Of a DNA stretch of 64,000 bases, positions 19,830 to 29,601 are shown piece by piece. Every line of letters begins with the position of its first letter. Positions within the stretch are counted from its first letter, which is position 1. The position numbers were made by a program, and so were the translations under genes. Source of the stretch: Moorena sp. SIOASIH (GTDB lineage Bacteria > Cyanobacteriota > Cyanobacteriia > Cyanobacteriales > Coleofasciculaceae); NCBI RefSeq assembly GCF_010671925.1, contig NZ_JAAHIH010000001.1, forward strand, positions 613,053 to 677,052. Reading direction: 5' to 3'. Below the pieces are notes generated by a model that was not told the DNA's origin, ran no database searches, and saw nothing but the letters and a program-made list of their open reading frames with translations.

Positions 19830-20309
19830 TTATTTTAGTGGTTCTTGGGTAGTGATTCTTACGAACACTTCCGCACTACCTTGGTTATCATAGTGCGTTC
19901 CTCGTGCATCATTCTGGCAAAAAGAGATCCTTTGACCTGGGTAAACCTCAAAGTTCATCGAAGCTCCTCCACCCAATGTGAATCCTGGTGGCATTGTCTG
20001 GTCATAGGCAATCAGTTCATTAATTTTGTTTGGTGGCACGGGAAATTCACAGCTATCACACGGCTGGCTAAAATCTCCATTTGGATTAACTTTTGGTAGA
20101 TTTGGACCATTATTCCATGCTCCTTGTGCATTCGCTGTCAGAATTGATGCATTAGAGAATGGGTTGGAAATTGTATGAGCTGGACACTCACTAGTCGCTT
20201 CAACTGTGAAATAAAATGTCTGCTCATTAGCACTGGCTGCTGCAGGAGACATCAGCAGGGATAGGCTGATGATTACCATCGCGAGGATAGTTGAGACAAA
20301 TTTACGCAT
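19830..20309 (-). CDS. Secreted hypothetical protein (signal peptide, several Cys)
   Basis: N-terminal MRKFVSTILAMVIISLSLLMSPAAASA signal peptide; 159 aa; no recognised domain. Confidence 0.45.
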   Translation of the reverse strand: MRKFVSTILAMVIISLSLLMSPAAASANEQTFYFTVEATSECPAHTISNPFSNASILTANAQGAWNNGPNLPKVNPNGDFSQPCDSCEFPVPPNKINELIAYDQTMPPGFTLGGGASMNFEVYPGQRISFCQNDARGTHYDNQGSAEVFVRITTQEPLK

Positions 20310-20754
20310 TTTTACTTCAAATTACACTCTGTTTTGTTTTGTCAAAGAAATGATTAGTCGCTCGTTACCAAGGGGTGGGTTGCTCCTTGTAGGGCTTCCT
20401 CACTTTTCTCTGACATTTCTAAGACGGGGCAACTAACTCTTTTGTGACTGGCGACGGAGAAGTTTTTCTACTCTATTTTTTCCTTAATATATGTATGTCT
20501 TTTTTTTGTTTGGGGCTTTTTTTTGGGGATTGTTCCTTTGGCTAGTTGGCTTGTTTCCAGTGCTCATAGCCATGATGATTTTATCCCTTCTATACTGTTG
20601 GTTCAAGCTTTAAAGGAACTTTTTTACCGTTTTTTGTTTTGCTTTTTGTCATGGAAATACTAGCTGGTCGTGAAAAAAACACACCAGCATTTTTTAGTAG
20701 CTACTTTATCTTTAGCCTTTGAGCTACTATCAGCTAATTACCTATGACCACAAA

Positions 20755-22101
20755 TTAAAGCTGATCTGGCGGTCCTCTATCCCCTTGAGCTAATTTGTGA
20801 TTGCTGCTTGGCTCTACCTTTGTTTTGAGATTTTCCAACCAAGACGCAATTCTCGCCAAAATCGGGATGGGAAATTGGGAAATATCCTTTGCTATTGGTG
20901 CTTCAATGCTCCCATACCCTAGCAGTGGTGGAGAAATTGCTATCTCTTGGGGCATAAGCAGTTTAACGCCATGGCTCTGGATAGGATTGCGATCGCTCCC
21001 CTGCTTTGATTGGGGATTTGGAGTACTTTCCAATCGTAATTTTCCAGCCAAGGGGAGTAATGCCTGGGAGCTTCTTGGTCTGCTTAAAATTTGCTGGCTT
21101 TTGGTGTCCCTACTTTTGGGCTCTTTTTTAATTGGGATTACTTTTGGTACTTCAGATAGTGGCTCAACTGCCAATGCTGGCTCTACCAGTAACGTTATCT
21201 CCCCTCCCGTTTTCTCTAAATCCTTGGAGCATCCCTCGACAGCAGACTCCGACACTACCATCGGCCTTAAAGACTCCGACTGCTCAGTTGTCTCCTGCTC
21301 CCCTTTTCCTATTTCTTTGTTTGAGGGAGTGACATAGCTTTCTTCGTCTTTTTCTTCCTTACTCTCCTGCTCTTCTACTCCCCTAATCTCCTGCAAAAAG
21401 GCTATTTCCCCGTAAGCCTTCTCATCCAACCCTGCCAGATACTTAGTTAACCGCTTTTGCAGTCTTGCCCTAGCTCGTTGGATACGTTTACGAACGCTAT
21501 CGTTGGAAATTGCCAGTCGTTGAGCTATCTCTTGGTGAGACAACTCCTGCTCAAAGCGCAAGACACATACCTGACGCTGATTCTCCGGCAAATCCTCTAG
21601 AGCACTTTGGATTACCTCTAATAGTTCCCTCTTTTCTACAACTAAATCTGGGGTATCGAATTCCGTAACCAACCCATTCCCCTCTGGCACTGCTATCGCT
21701 TCGAGGTTTTCTACTCCGATTGCCCCAGAGTTGTTTTCTCGATGTCGGTCTATACAGAAGTTACAGGCAAATTTGGTCAGCCATCCTTTGAGATTGGTAA
21801 TCTTTGGGGCAAATTTGGGCAATTTTTCCCAAGCCTTGACCATAATCTCAGAAAGAGCATCTTGTGCTTGGGAGCGATTACCCCCCATCCAGCTCAAGCA
21901 GCGATGGTAAAGATAGTCTTTATAGTGTTCCCACAGCGGCCAAAAGGCGCTGCTATCTCCATCAGACAGTTTTTCCAGGAGAGGCTCGACCCAAGAACTT
22001 GTTTCTTTTTCAGTCTTTTCGCCCCATTGGCCATCAGAACTTAGGTTTGTTGCCAGCATCAGTCCTGCTGAAACACCAAACTCAATTCGCCTTAATCTCA
22101 T
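20755..22101 (-). CDS. Sigma-70/ECF-family sigma factor with a ~250-aa Pro/Ser/Glu-rich C-terminal extension
   Basis: Region 2: YLYHRCLSWMGGNRSQAQDALSEIMVKAW. Region 4 HTH: LPENQRQVCVLRFEQELSHQEIAQRLAISNDSVRKRIQRARARL. The remaining ~250 aa are low complexity with no TM segment. Confidence 0.7.
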   Translation of the reverse strand: MRLRRIEFGVSAGLMLATNLSSDGQWGEKTEKETSSWVEPLLEKLSDGDSSAFWPLWEHYKDYLYHRCLSWMGGNRSQAQDALSEIMVKAWEKLPKFAPKITNLKGWLTKFACNFCIDRHRENNSGAIGVENLEAIAVPEGNGLVTEFDTPDLVVEKRELLEVIQSALEDLPENQRQVCVLRFEQELSHQEIAQRLAISNDSVRKRIQRARARLQKRLTKYLAGLDEKAYGEIAFLQEIRGVEEQESKEEKDEESYVTPSNKEIGKGEQETTEQSESLRPMVVSESAVEGCSKDLEKTGGEITLLVEPALAVEPLSEVPKVIPIKKEPKSRDTKSQQILSRPRSSQALLPLAGKLRLESTPNPQSKQGSDRNPIQSHGVKLLMPQEIAISPPLLGYGSIEAPIAKDISQFPIPILARIASWLENLKTKVEPSSNHKLAQGDRGPPDQL

Positions 22102-22894
22102 ATTTGTAAATGAATCCCTGAGCTAACCAGCTAATCAGAATCTAAATAATCTAATCAGAGTTAAAGTATTCCAATTTCATGTTTTTACAAAACTGAGATG
22201 CACCGAAATTAATTATTCCATACTCGTTATTTTAAAACAAGTTAGGTTAGTCAACTTAATAGTTGAAGTGTAGTTATAGCTTAAATTAGAAGTTTATTTT
22301 AATTTATTTAACCTCATTGTTTAACCTTAGAGATGCCAAGATTAATCAATTAAAAATTACGTCATGACAGAGTCCACTAATCATTTTTAAACAATGATTA
22401 GTGGTAAGCATTCAGCCCTCAGCCGTCAGCCGTCAGCCAATGGCTGATAGCACCTCAAGTAGCACCTCAAGTAGTGCATTAGCTGATAGCTGATACCTAT
22501 CAGTTATCAGTTTGTGAATAAGCGATGCAGCGTGGTCTTGGGGGTTCCCCCCATGAGCGACTGCATCAAGACAACAGTAACCATTTTTTTGATCTGAGTT
22601 AAGTCACAGGCTGGAAGCCTGTGCCACAAAGCTGACCGCTGACGTTTTCAGTTACCTCTTTACCTCTTACTAGTGTTGGTAAAAAGTCCTGAAATAAAAC
22701 TAGAACATCCTCCATAACAATCCGGTTTGAGGCTATCCTTATCCTTGCGGTTTTGTCCAGCCCACTTCTAAGACGGTTTCGGATTCATTTTGTGACTGCT
22801 GGATTTAAAACCTGGAAACTTGGCTGATCTTGTTTCCTTGTCCTTCTAATCAAACAGGCATTGCTGAGGGGCGGAATGAATAGCAGTAGAGTGG

Positions 22895-23290
22895 GCATCC
22901 TGCCCGCGCGAAGATTGTAACAGGCAAGATGCCTGTTCCACCAAGATGCCCATTCCACTAAAGCCTTAAAATCCATGATTAAGCAATGCCAGGAACAGGC
23001 AAGATGCCTATTCCACTAAAGACTTAAAATCCATGATTAAGCACCGGAACAGGCAAGATGCCCATTCCACTAAAGCATTAAAATTATTCCATTATTAAGC
23101 ACCGCTGGAACAGGCAAGATGCCTATTCCACTAAAGCATTAAAATTATTCCATTATTAAGCACCGGAACAGGCAAGATGCCCATTCCACCTCAGCCTTAA
23201 AATCATTCCATTATTAAGCACCGCTGGAACAGGCAAGATGCCCATTCCACCTCAGCCTTAAAATCATTCCATTATTAAGCACCGCCATCG
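22895..23290. repeat. 61-bp satellite-like tandem repeat, about 6.5 copies
   Basis: Unit GGAACAGGCAAGATGCCCATTCCAC(TAAAG/CTCAG)CCTTAAAATCATTCCATTATTAAGCACCGCT. Each unit contains the GGCAAGATGCC hairpin core. Confidence 0.85.
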
Positions 23291-23384
23291 AACACGCACC
23301 CTACTCAGGATGCATATCCTAAAAGCTATTTAACCTGATGCTGCATTACGAGACGGACTCTTCTAACACTGCTAAGGAGGGGGA

Positions 23385-23720
23385 AAATTAGGGCGAGCTG
23401 CTCCCTAAAGAACCCTACGTAACATTTATCAAAGTAAGACGCACCCTGCACCCTTTTGTCCGAGTGCAGCTTCGAGTTTACAGCCCCCAAAAGCTTCTGC
23501 TATCTCGATCAGAAAGTTTTTCCAAGAGGAACTTGACCCAAGAAACAACCTCCTGTTCCGCATTTTCACCCCATGGGCGATCAGAACTGAGGTTTGTTGC
23601 CAGAATTAGTCCTGTTGATGCACCAAAACTCACTATCCCATACTTGTTCTAATAAAACAAGTTAAGTTCGTCAACTTAATCCTTCAAGTGCAGTCAGAGC
23701 TTGAGTTGGGATTGTTTATT
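23385..23720. pseudogene. Degenerate duplicate of the ECF sigma factor 5' coding/promoter region
   Basis: 23490-23720 is collinear with the reverse complement context of 21950-22300 (..TCGATCAGAAAGTTTTTCCAAGAGGAACTTGACCCAAGAAACAACCTCCTGTTCC..CATGGGCGATCAGAACTGAGGTTTGTTGCCAG..AAAACAAGTTAAGTTCGTCAACTTAAT..) at roughly 80% identity. Confidence 0.45.
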
Positions 23721-24339
23721 AAATTTTTTTTCAGCCTTTTTTCTCTTTTTATTAACCTTAAGTTAACTTGTTTTCTATACTACACATTAACAACCTGTCA
23801 ACTTCAAGTTTTTACCTTCAACTTAAAGTATTTTACAAAGGATTTGTAAACAATAATTATAGTTTTTGACCTTCCATAAAATGCCTATAGAGTTGATTAG
23901 CTCTTACCTCTAGCCTCTAGCCTCTTGCCTTTCTTTAAAGGATTATGTTTACAACTCAAATAGAAATTCTATCGGCTCTGTAGGGTGGGCAACATGTATA
24001 GCGCTACGCGCAAGTCAGAAGTCAGAAGTCAGAAGTCAGAAGTCCGTTATGACTAAGTTTCGGATTTTAGGAGCGATGCAGCGCGGTCTTGGGGAGGCAG
24101 CGCGGTCTTGGGGGTTCCCCCCATGACCGCGCTGCCGTGGTTTCCCCCATGAGCGACTGCATCAAGACAATGTCCTGACCTTCATGGGTAGTGCTATAGT
24201 TAAAAATTTTGTCTCTAAAGGAAAATAGGGTAGTGGTAAAGATGTAATGATTTGGCTAGGGTCTGGTAAAAGTAATGGGAGCTAAAATCACGAATTGTGT
24301 ACCATTACCGAAAACAGATTATTTTTATCTCTATCTAAA

Positions 24340-24476
24340 GGGTGAAATAGAGATAACTAATATCAAGTCCGGTTGAATACCCATAATTAGAGGGAGGGTG
24401 GGGAGATGGTCAGATGGGGAGGTGGTCAGATGGGGAGATAGGGAGATGGGGAGGTGGTCAGATGGGGAGATTTTTA
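24340..24476. repeat. G-rich (GGGGAGATGGTCAGAT / GGGGAGAT)n array joined to a conserved 30-nt motif GGGTATTCAACCGGACTTGATATTAG (reverse orientation here)
   Basis: The same two-part architecture occurs at 56190-56370 and 63090-63185 in the opposite orientation. Confidence 0.7.
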
Positions 24477-24731
24477 TTAAGGGTAATTATCCCGACATGA
24501 TATAACCTCTAGGTTTAAAGACAGACAAAAGTAGTGCTTCCCATAGTTCATGGGGTTTGTCCTTAATTTTGATGAATAAATTGGACTGGTAAGCTATCAG
24601 CTTAAGCGCTACGCGCACGCTACGCGAACAGCCATCAGCTATCAGCTATCAGTTTATGGGCAGGCCACACCGAACAGCTTTTTAATAAAACAGGTAAGCA
24701 TTGGAATAATGCTGAGTTAAATCTGCTGACA

Positions 24732-24764
<33 letters not shown>

Positions 24765-24909
24765 ATGCTTACTTGGACTGTGTGCTGAAACCCTACCAGC
24801 AGCGGGAATCCCAACTAAAGTATCAAGTGTCACCGATGAAGGTTCAGAACTGTTAACTAAAATCTAGCAATAATTGACAGTACTTACCAATATTTGCTAG
24901 ATTTTAGTC

Positions 24910-25506
24910 ATGGCATTAGTACCTATCCGTAAGGCGGTCGAACTTACAGGACTATCTCCAAACACACTACGGAAGTATGCAGACAATGGCACCATTCGAT
25001 GCGAGAGAACCCCAGGAGGGACTAGACTCTTTGACTCAACAGATCTTCGCAGTTTTGGAAAAGCTCGAAGGGCTAGTAGACCCAACAATGTCACCATCTG
25101 CTACTGCCGAGTCAGTAGCAGTAAACAACGAGACGATCTCGCTCGCCAAGTCGCCTATCTGCATTCCCTCTTCCCCGAAGCAGAAATCATCTTTGACATC
25201 GGTTCCGGCCTCAACTACAAAAGAAAGGGGCTTAGAACCATACTGGAGCGAGTTGTCTGCGGAGATAAGCTCACGATTGTTGTTGCCTGTAAAGACCGAC
25301 TTACCCGATTCGGGTTTGAACTCATTGAGTACTTGGTCGGTCTCAACGGTGGAAAAATCCTGGTTCTCGACCAGTCTAAAAACTGCCCAGAATCAGAGCT
25401 TACCGCAGATCTTCTCTCCATCATTCACGTCTTCTCCTGTCGGGTTCACGGACTCAGGAAATACGGTCAGAAAATCAAAGAAGATTCGTCTGTTCCTAAA
25501 CCCTAG
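24910..25506 (+). CDS. tnpA: IS607-type TnpA: MerR-like HTH + serine recombinase (resolvase) catalytic domain
   Basis: HTH LVPIRKAVELTGLSPNTLRKYADNG. Resolvase motifs ICYCRVSSSKQRDDLARQ (catalytic Ser) and VVACKDRLTRFG. Confidence 0.8.
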   Translation: MALVPIRKAVELTGLSPNTLRKYADNGTIRCERTPGGTRLFDSTDLRSFGKARRASRPNNVTICYCRVSSSKQRDDLARQVAYLHSLFPEAEIIFDIGSGLNYKRKGLRTILERVVCGDKLTIVVACKDRLTRFGFELIEYLVGLNGGKILVLDQSKNCPESELTADLLSIIHVFSCRVHGLRKYGQKIKEDSSVPKP

Positions 25507-26581
25507 TCAGCGATCGCTAGTCCGTAAGTGGTTCGGAGTGTCCCGTTATGTTTTCAATAAAACAGTTAAAATTCTCCAGAGTGGCGAAGTAAAAGCCAAC
25601 TGGAAAGCCATTAAAACTGGTATTCTAAATGACCTACCCGACTGGTGCAAGGAAGTGCCTTATCAGATCAAATCGATAGGGATTAAGGATGCTTGCACTG
25701 CTGTCAGGGAGGCTAAGAAGAAGTACAAGAAAACATTAGATATAAACCGGGTAAGGTTTAGATCTCGAAAGAATCCTATTCAGTCTTGCTATATCCCAAA
25801 GTCAGCCATTTCAGATGTAGGGATGTATCACACTAAATTAGGCGAGCTAAAGTATTCAGAGCCTCTTCCAATAGAAGTGTGCGACAGCCGACTAACCAGC
25901 AATAATGGGGACTTCTATTTAGTAGTTCCCCATAAAGTAACAAAAACGAATGCCGAAAACCAAGGTAGAGTAGTTGCTTTAGACCCTGGAGTCAGAACTT
26001 TCATTACTTTTTTCAGTGAGACATCTGTCGGGAAGATTGGGCATGGGGACTTTTCAAGAATCCAGCGACTCTGCCAACACCTAGACAACCTACTGTCTAA
26101 AATCAGTAAAGCTAAAGGTGGGCAAAAGCGTCGGATGAAGAAAGCCGCCAGGCGAATGGTTATTAAGATTCAAAATCTAGTCAACGAATTGCACCATAAG
26201 ACGGCTAGATTCTTGGTTGATAACTTCGATGTAATTCTTATCCCTACTTTTGAGACATCTCAGATGTCAAGGAAAGGGAACAGGAAAATTAGATCTAAAA
26301 CCGTTCGTAATATGCTCACCTTCGCTCATTACCGTTTCAAAGAATTTCTAAAACATAAAGCCCAGGAAATGGGGAAACTGGTAATAGATGTCTGTGAGGC
26401 TTACACCAGTAAGACTGTTAGTTGGACAGGTGAATTGCTCAACATTGGTGGAAGCAAAATAATCACATCGAAAGTTGATGGTCGATCTATGGATCGAGAC
26501 ATTAACGGCGCTCGGGGGATATTCCTCAGAGCCTTGGGAGATACCCCCTGGTTGCGAGAGCAACTTGCATTAGTGAGCTAA
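25472..26581 (+). CDS. tnpB: TnpB (OrfB) RuvC-like RNA-guided nuclease-family protein of the IS607 element
   Basis: KIRLFLNPSQRSLVRKWFGVSRYVFN is a typical TnpB N-terminus. ALDPGVRTF is RuvC-I. The C-terminal DINGARGI follows a zinc-finger-like region. The start codon is uncertain: there is no in-frame ATG near the conserved N-terminus, so it is probably a GTG/TTG start overlapping the tnpA end. Confidence 0.75.
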   Translation, partial: KSKKIRLFLNPSQRSLVRKWFGVSRYVFNKTVKILQSGEVKANWKAIKTGILNDLPDWCKEVPYQIKSIGIKDACTAVREAKKKYKKTLDINRVRFRSRKNPIQSCYIPKSAISDVGMYHTKLGELKYSEPLPIEVCDSRLTSNNGDFYLVVPHKVTKTNAENQGRVVALDPGVRTFITFFSETSVGKIGHGDFSRIQRLCQHLDNLLSKISKAKGGQKRRMKKAARRMVIKIQNLVNELHHKTARFLVDNFDVILIPTFETSQMSRKGNRKIRSKTVRNMLTFAHYRFKEFLKHKAQEMGKLVIDVCEAYTSKTVSWTGELLNIGGSKIITSKVDGRSMDRDINGARGIFLRALGDTPWLREQLALVS

Positions 26582-26606
26582 GATTTACCTTGGTAGATTT
26601 TGGTAG

Positions 26607-27017
26607 CTAAAAAGTATCGGCTGATCTAGCTAATCCAATCACTTGGTCTATATCACCACCAGCTGCAGCTTGGACAACGGCTGCGATCGCACTTTCCACT
26701 AATGGCGCTTCGCACAATATTACCTTGGGTTTCTGCTCTTCATCCAGAAACTCCAGTGCCATTTCCGCACTCAGCACTGCACTGCCTAGATCCATTAATA
26801 CCACTACCCCAGCATCGGAGTAAACCGACTCAATGGCAGCTTGGACTTGCAGCACATCGGTACCAAAGGGATTTTCCGGGTCATCAATACCAGCTGCGAT
26901 CGCAATTGGTACGGAGGTCTGAACCATCTGTTGAGCTAATTCCTTGACCCCAGCTGCTAGCTTAGCACTGTGGGAGATTATCACAATTGAGATCATAAGG
27001 TATATAGCATTTCTCAA
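26607..27017 (-). CDS. Truncated paralog of the dhaM EIIA(Man)-like N-domain (a recent segmental duplicate)
   Basis: About 97% nt identity to 17755-18120 over ~400 bp. The protein is identical to DhaM residues 1-115 (after MRNAIYL) except for 2 substitutions, and diverges 25 nt from the TnpB stop. A single-domain DhaM might still be functional. Confidence 0.55.
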   Translation of the reverse strand: MRNAIYLMISIVIISHSAKLAAGVKELAQQMVQTSVPIAIAAGIDDPENPFGTDVLQVQAAIESVYSDAGVVVLMDLGSAVLSAEMALEFLDEEQKPKVILCEAPLVESAIAAVVQAAAGGDIDQVIGLARSADTF

Positions 27018-27100
27018 TCTGGGTTAATGGGAGTCGGGAGTCGGGAGTCGGGAGTCGGGAGTCGGGCTGCATCGCTTCTGCCTTCTGGCTTCTGGCTTGC
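27018..27100. repeat. Heptamer repeats (GGGAGTC)5 and (TTCTGGC)3
   Basis: Direct reading. Confidence 0.85.
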
Positions 27101-27171
27101 TGTTAGGCATTTTAAATACATAACAGCTTACCTTGGGTAAACTACGTTAAGGCATAAATGAGGAAACAATA

Positions 27172-28236
27172 ATGAATGATCTAGACCAAGCCAAGGTAGA
27201 TGACTTTTCTGGGAAAATGCTTGATATCCTCAATGGGTCTATGCTAAGTCTTATGATCGGTATTGGGTATCAGACTGGGTTGTTTGAAGTTATGGCCAAT
27301 CTGCCCCCTTCTACTAGCGAACAAATCGCTGTGGTAGCCCAGCTAAAAGAAAGGTATGTCCGTGAATGGCTGGCAGCCATGGTCACTGGGCAAATCATCG
27401 ACTATGACCCAACAACCAATAGCTATAGTTTATCCGCTGAACATGCCTCTGTGCTGACACAGGTGGCAGGACCAAATAACATGGCACGGTTGACACTGGT
27501 TATTCCATTTCTGGCATCAGTCCAAAAAGCTCTTGTTAATAGTTTTCACAACGGTGGTGGCGTTTCCTATTCTGCTTACCCAGACTTCATGAACTTGTGG
27601 GCTGAAATTAATGCCGATAGATTTGATGCCACCATAACCCAAAAAATCCTACCTCTTATGCCTGATGTGGTTGAAAAGATGCGTCAAGGTGTTGATGTTC
27701 TTGATATTGGTTGTGGGGATGGTCATATCCTTAACCTCATGGCTAAAGCCTTTCCCAACAGTAGGTTTACAGGCTATGATTTTTTAGAAAATGGCATTGA
27801 TGCTGCCAGAGCGAAAGCACAATCCCTTGGCCTAACCAATATTAACTTAGAAGTCAAAGATATTACAACCTTAAATGAACCAAACAAGTACGAACTAATT
27901 ACAGCTTTTGATGCCATCCACGATATGGCACAACCAGCTAAAGTATTAAAATCAATTGCCGATTCACTTAAACCTGACGGAACTTTCTTGATGGTTGACT
28001 TGGCAGCATCAAGTAATCTGCACGAAAACCTGGATCACCCCTTAGGGCCGTGGCTATACACAACATCTTGTATGCATTGCATGACCGTTTCATTGGCACT
28101 AAATGGGGCAGGGCTTGGTGCAATGTGGGGGGAACAAAAAGCACTAAAAATGTTAAATGATGCAGGGTTTATACATGTAGATATTAAACAAATTCCAGAA
28201 GACATTTTCAACAATTATTATATTGCCAAAAGGTAA
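27172..28236 (+). CDS. Class I SAM-dependent methyltransferase with an N-terminal substrate-binding/dimerisation domain
   Basis: SAM motif VLDIGCGDGHILNLMAKAF. Motifs DFLENGIDAARAKA, FDAIHDMAQP and LKPDGTFLMVD. The ~150-aa N-terminal domain is typical of small-molecule O-/C-methyltransferases. Confidence 0.75.
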   Translation: MNDLDQAKVDDFSGKMLDILNGSMLSLMIGIGYQTGLFEVMANLPPSTSEQIAVVAQLKERYVREWLAAMVTGQIIDYDPTTNSYSLSAEHASVLTQVAGPNNMARLTLVIPFLASVQKALVNSFHNGGGVSYSAYPDFMNLWAEINADRFDATITQKILPLMPDVVEKMRQGVDVLDIGCGDGHILNLMAKAFPNSRFTGYDFLENGIDAARAKAQSLGLTNINLEVKDITTLNEPNKYELITAFDAIHDMAQPAKVLKSIADSLKPDGTFLMVDLAASSNLHENLDHPLGPWLYTTSCMHCMTVSLALNGAGLGAMWGEQKALKMLNDAGFIHVDIKQIPEDIFNNYYIAKR

Positions 28237-28517
28237 GCCGTCAGCGGTCAACTATCAGCTATCAGCTATCAGCTATCAGCTATCAGCGGTCAGCTATCAG
28301 CGGTTAGCTATCAGCTATCAGCTAAAGGCTTATGGTCAAGGCTGACGGCTGAATGCTTACATTCGCTGAATGCTTATGCCAAAACCTAAATACTCAAGTT
28401 ATTTAAGGGTATAATTACCTGGAGATAAATAAACGGAACTGTGTTAACTTTTGTAACGCTGCCACCTCTGTTCCCTATTCCCTGCTCCCTGCTCCCTGCT
28501 CCCTAAAACCCAAGAAT

Positions 28518-29234
28518 TTGTACCTCATTCAAATAATAATTGCTATAACCATGATGGAATTAGAACTAATAACTAAAGTATATCCGATTACAAAGAATTG
28601 CCAATTATTATATGAACGAGGAGAACATGCACTTTTAGGTATTAGTCCATTTAATAGCTATTTTTCAGAAAAAAATATCGCTATTTTATCAAACTGGGCG
28701 ATGAAGAATTTTAAGAGCTTTAATTTTTTTATACCAGACGAGCCCTATGTCTATACACTAATGGCTTTAGGATACGATAAAGTTAAAGCCATAAAAAAAT
28801 CTAAAAGGCAAGCTAATTATTTAAAAAATAAATGTCTAAGAGCCTTAACAGGATTAGACCTATCAACAAATGAAGCCGAAGCACTAATCTTAGATTTCCG
28901 GTATTTGAACAAAAACAAAAATTATCTCTCAGCACTAAAATTTTATGAAGATAAATATGCTAATGATAGTGAATTTAGAATAAATTGTATCGAAACGTCT
29001 AAGCAGGTAGTGGAAACACGAACATACCTTAGTTATGATCGGTTAGAAATTGCTGTTAAGTATCTATTAGCAGAATTACCTTTGTTTTTTAACAGTGTCA
29101 GTATTTTGGGTAAAAAAGAAGGAGTTTTTTGTTACCGGTATTGCCCCTTGTTAATTCAAACTGTTTTTGAGAAAAAAAATGGGATGGTATTGAATAATCA
29201 AGGTTACCTTATTATAGATATTGAATCTAATTAA
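28518..29234 (+). CDS. Putative tRNA-dependent cyclodipeptide synthase (CDPS, AlbC-like)
   Basis: ERGEHALLGISPFNSYFSEKNIAILSNWA matches the AlbC catalytic-serine region as recalled (..RGEHALIGIS.GNSYFS..). KYLLAELPLF contains the conserved Y-x3-E pair. VFCYRY contains the conserved Tyr. About 238 aa. About 30% GC against roughly 45% in flanking genes. The true start may be the internal MMELEL. Confidence 0.6.
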   Translation: MYLIQIIIAITMMELELITKVYPITKNCQLLYERGEHALLGISPFNSYFSEKNIAILSNWAMKNFKSFNFFIPDEPYVYTLMALGYDKVKAIKKSKRQANYLKNKCLRALTGLDLSTNEAEALILDFRYLNKNKNYLSALKFYEDKYANDSEFRINCIETSKQVVETRTYLSYDRLEIAVKYLLAELPLFFNSVSILGKKEGVFCYRYCPLLIQTVFEKKNGMVLNNQGYLIIDIESN

Positions 29235-29413
29235 ATAGAGCTGAATGAATCAAGCCGCAATGTAAGCCTATGGTATAGGCGGATATGCTTACAATTTTAT
29301 ACTGCCATTACCCCAATTCCATCTACTAGCTAAACTTGCTACCATCCTAATGGCTATATTGTAACCAATTATTACAATTTTTATAAATTGCCTTGTTTTT
29401 TTTTGCTTTTAGC

Positions 29414-29448
29414 TTGACAACAACCCTAGCCAATTGTTATACTATACT
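29414..29448 (+). promoter_or_regulatory. Near-consensus sigma70-type promoter TTGACA-N17/18-TATACT
   Basis: TTGACAacaaccctagccaattgtTATACT. It drives a leader containing a strong hairpin (29460-29500) and an 18-codon uORF ahead of the 29602 ORF. Confidence 0.4.
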
Positions 29449-29459
29449 CATAACAAAAA

Positions 29460-29500
29460 GAGCCGCGCTCTTCGGCGAGCAACCAGGAAGCGCGGCTCTC
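29460..29500 (+). other. 11-bp perfect stem-loop AGAGCCGCGCT..AGCGCGGCTCT at the 5' end of the predicted transcript
   Basis: Direct reading. Followed by CCCCCC rather than a U run, so not a classical terminator. Confidence 0.5.
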
Positions 29501-29601
29501 CCCCCAAGTAAAATTGAGGTAACTATATCATGCCAGAAAAACCATTAGTTTATCATCCCATCGATTACCATGAAGCGTTCGCGTAGCGTGTGCGTAGCAC
29601 A

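Larger units (their letters stand above)
24880..26600 (+). mobile_element. IS607-family insertion sequence (tnpA serine recombinase + tnpB)
   Basis: Gene content is diagnostic. IS607 elements lack terminal inverted repeats, so the ends are approximate. Confidence 0.5.

Noticed and set aside
20801-22109. Plus-strand ORFs (178, 100, 81, 66 aa) overlapping the ECF sigma gene
   Set aside because: They are antisense to a well-supported sigma-70-family CDS and have no independent support.
22895-23290. Possible CRISPR array (regular ~61-bp periodicity)
   Set aside because: The units are near-identical throughout with no unique spacers and no cas genes in the window, so this is a satellite tandem repeat. 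The same applies to the heptamer arrays.
24977-25470. N-terminal 165 aa of the 534-aa ORF in the tnpB frame
   Set aside because: This is read-through of the tnpA region in another frame; TnpB homology begins only at about 25472 (KIRLFLNPSQ..).
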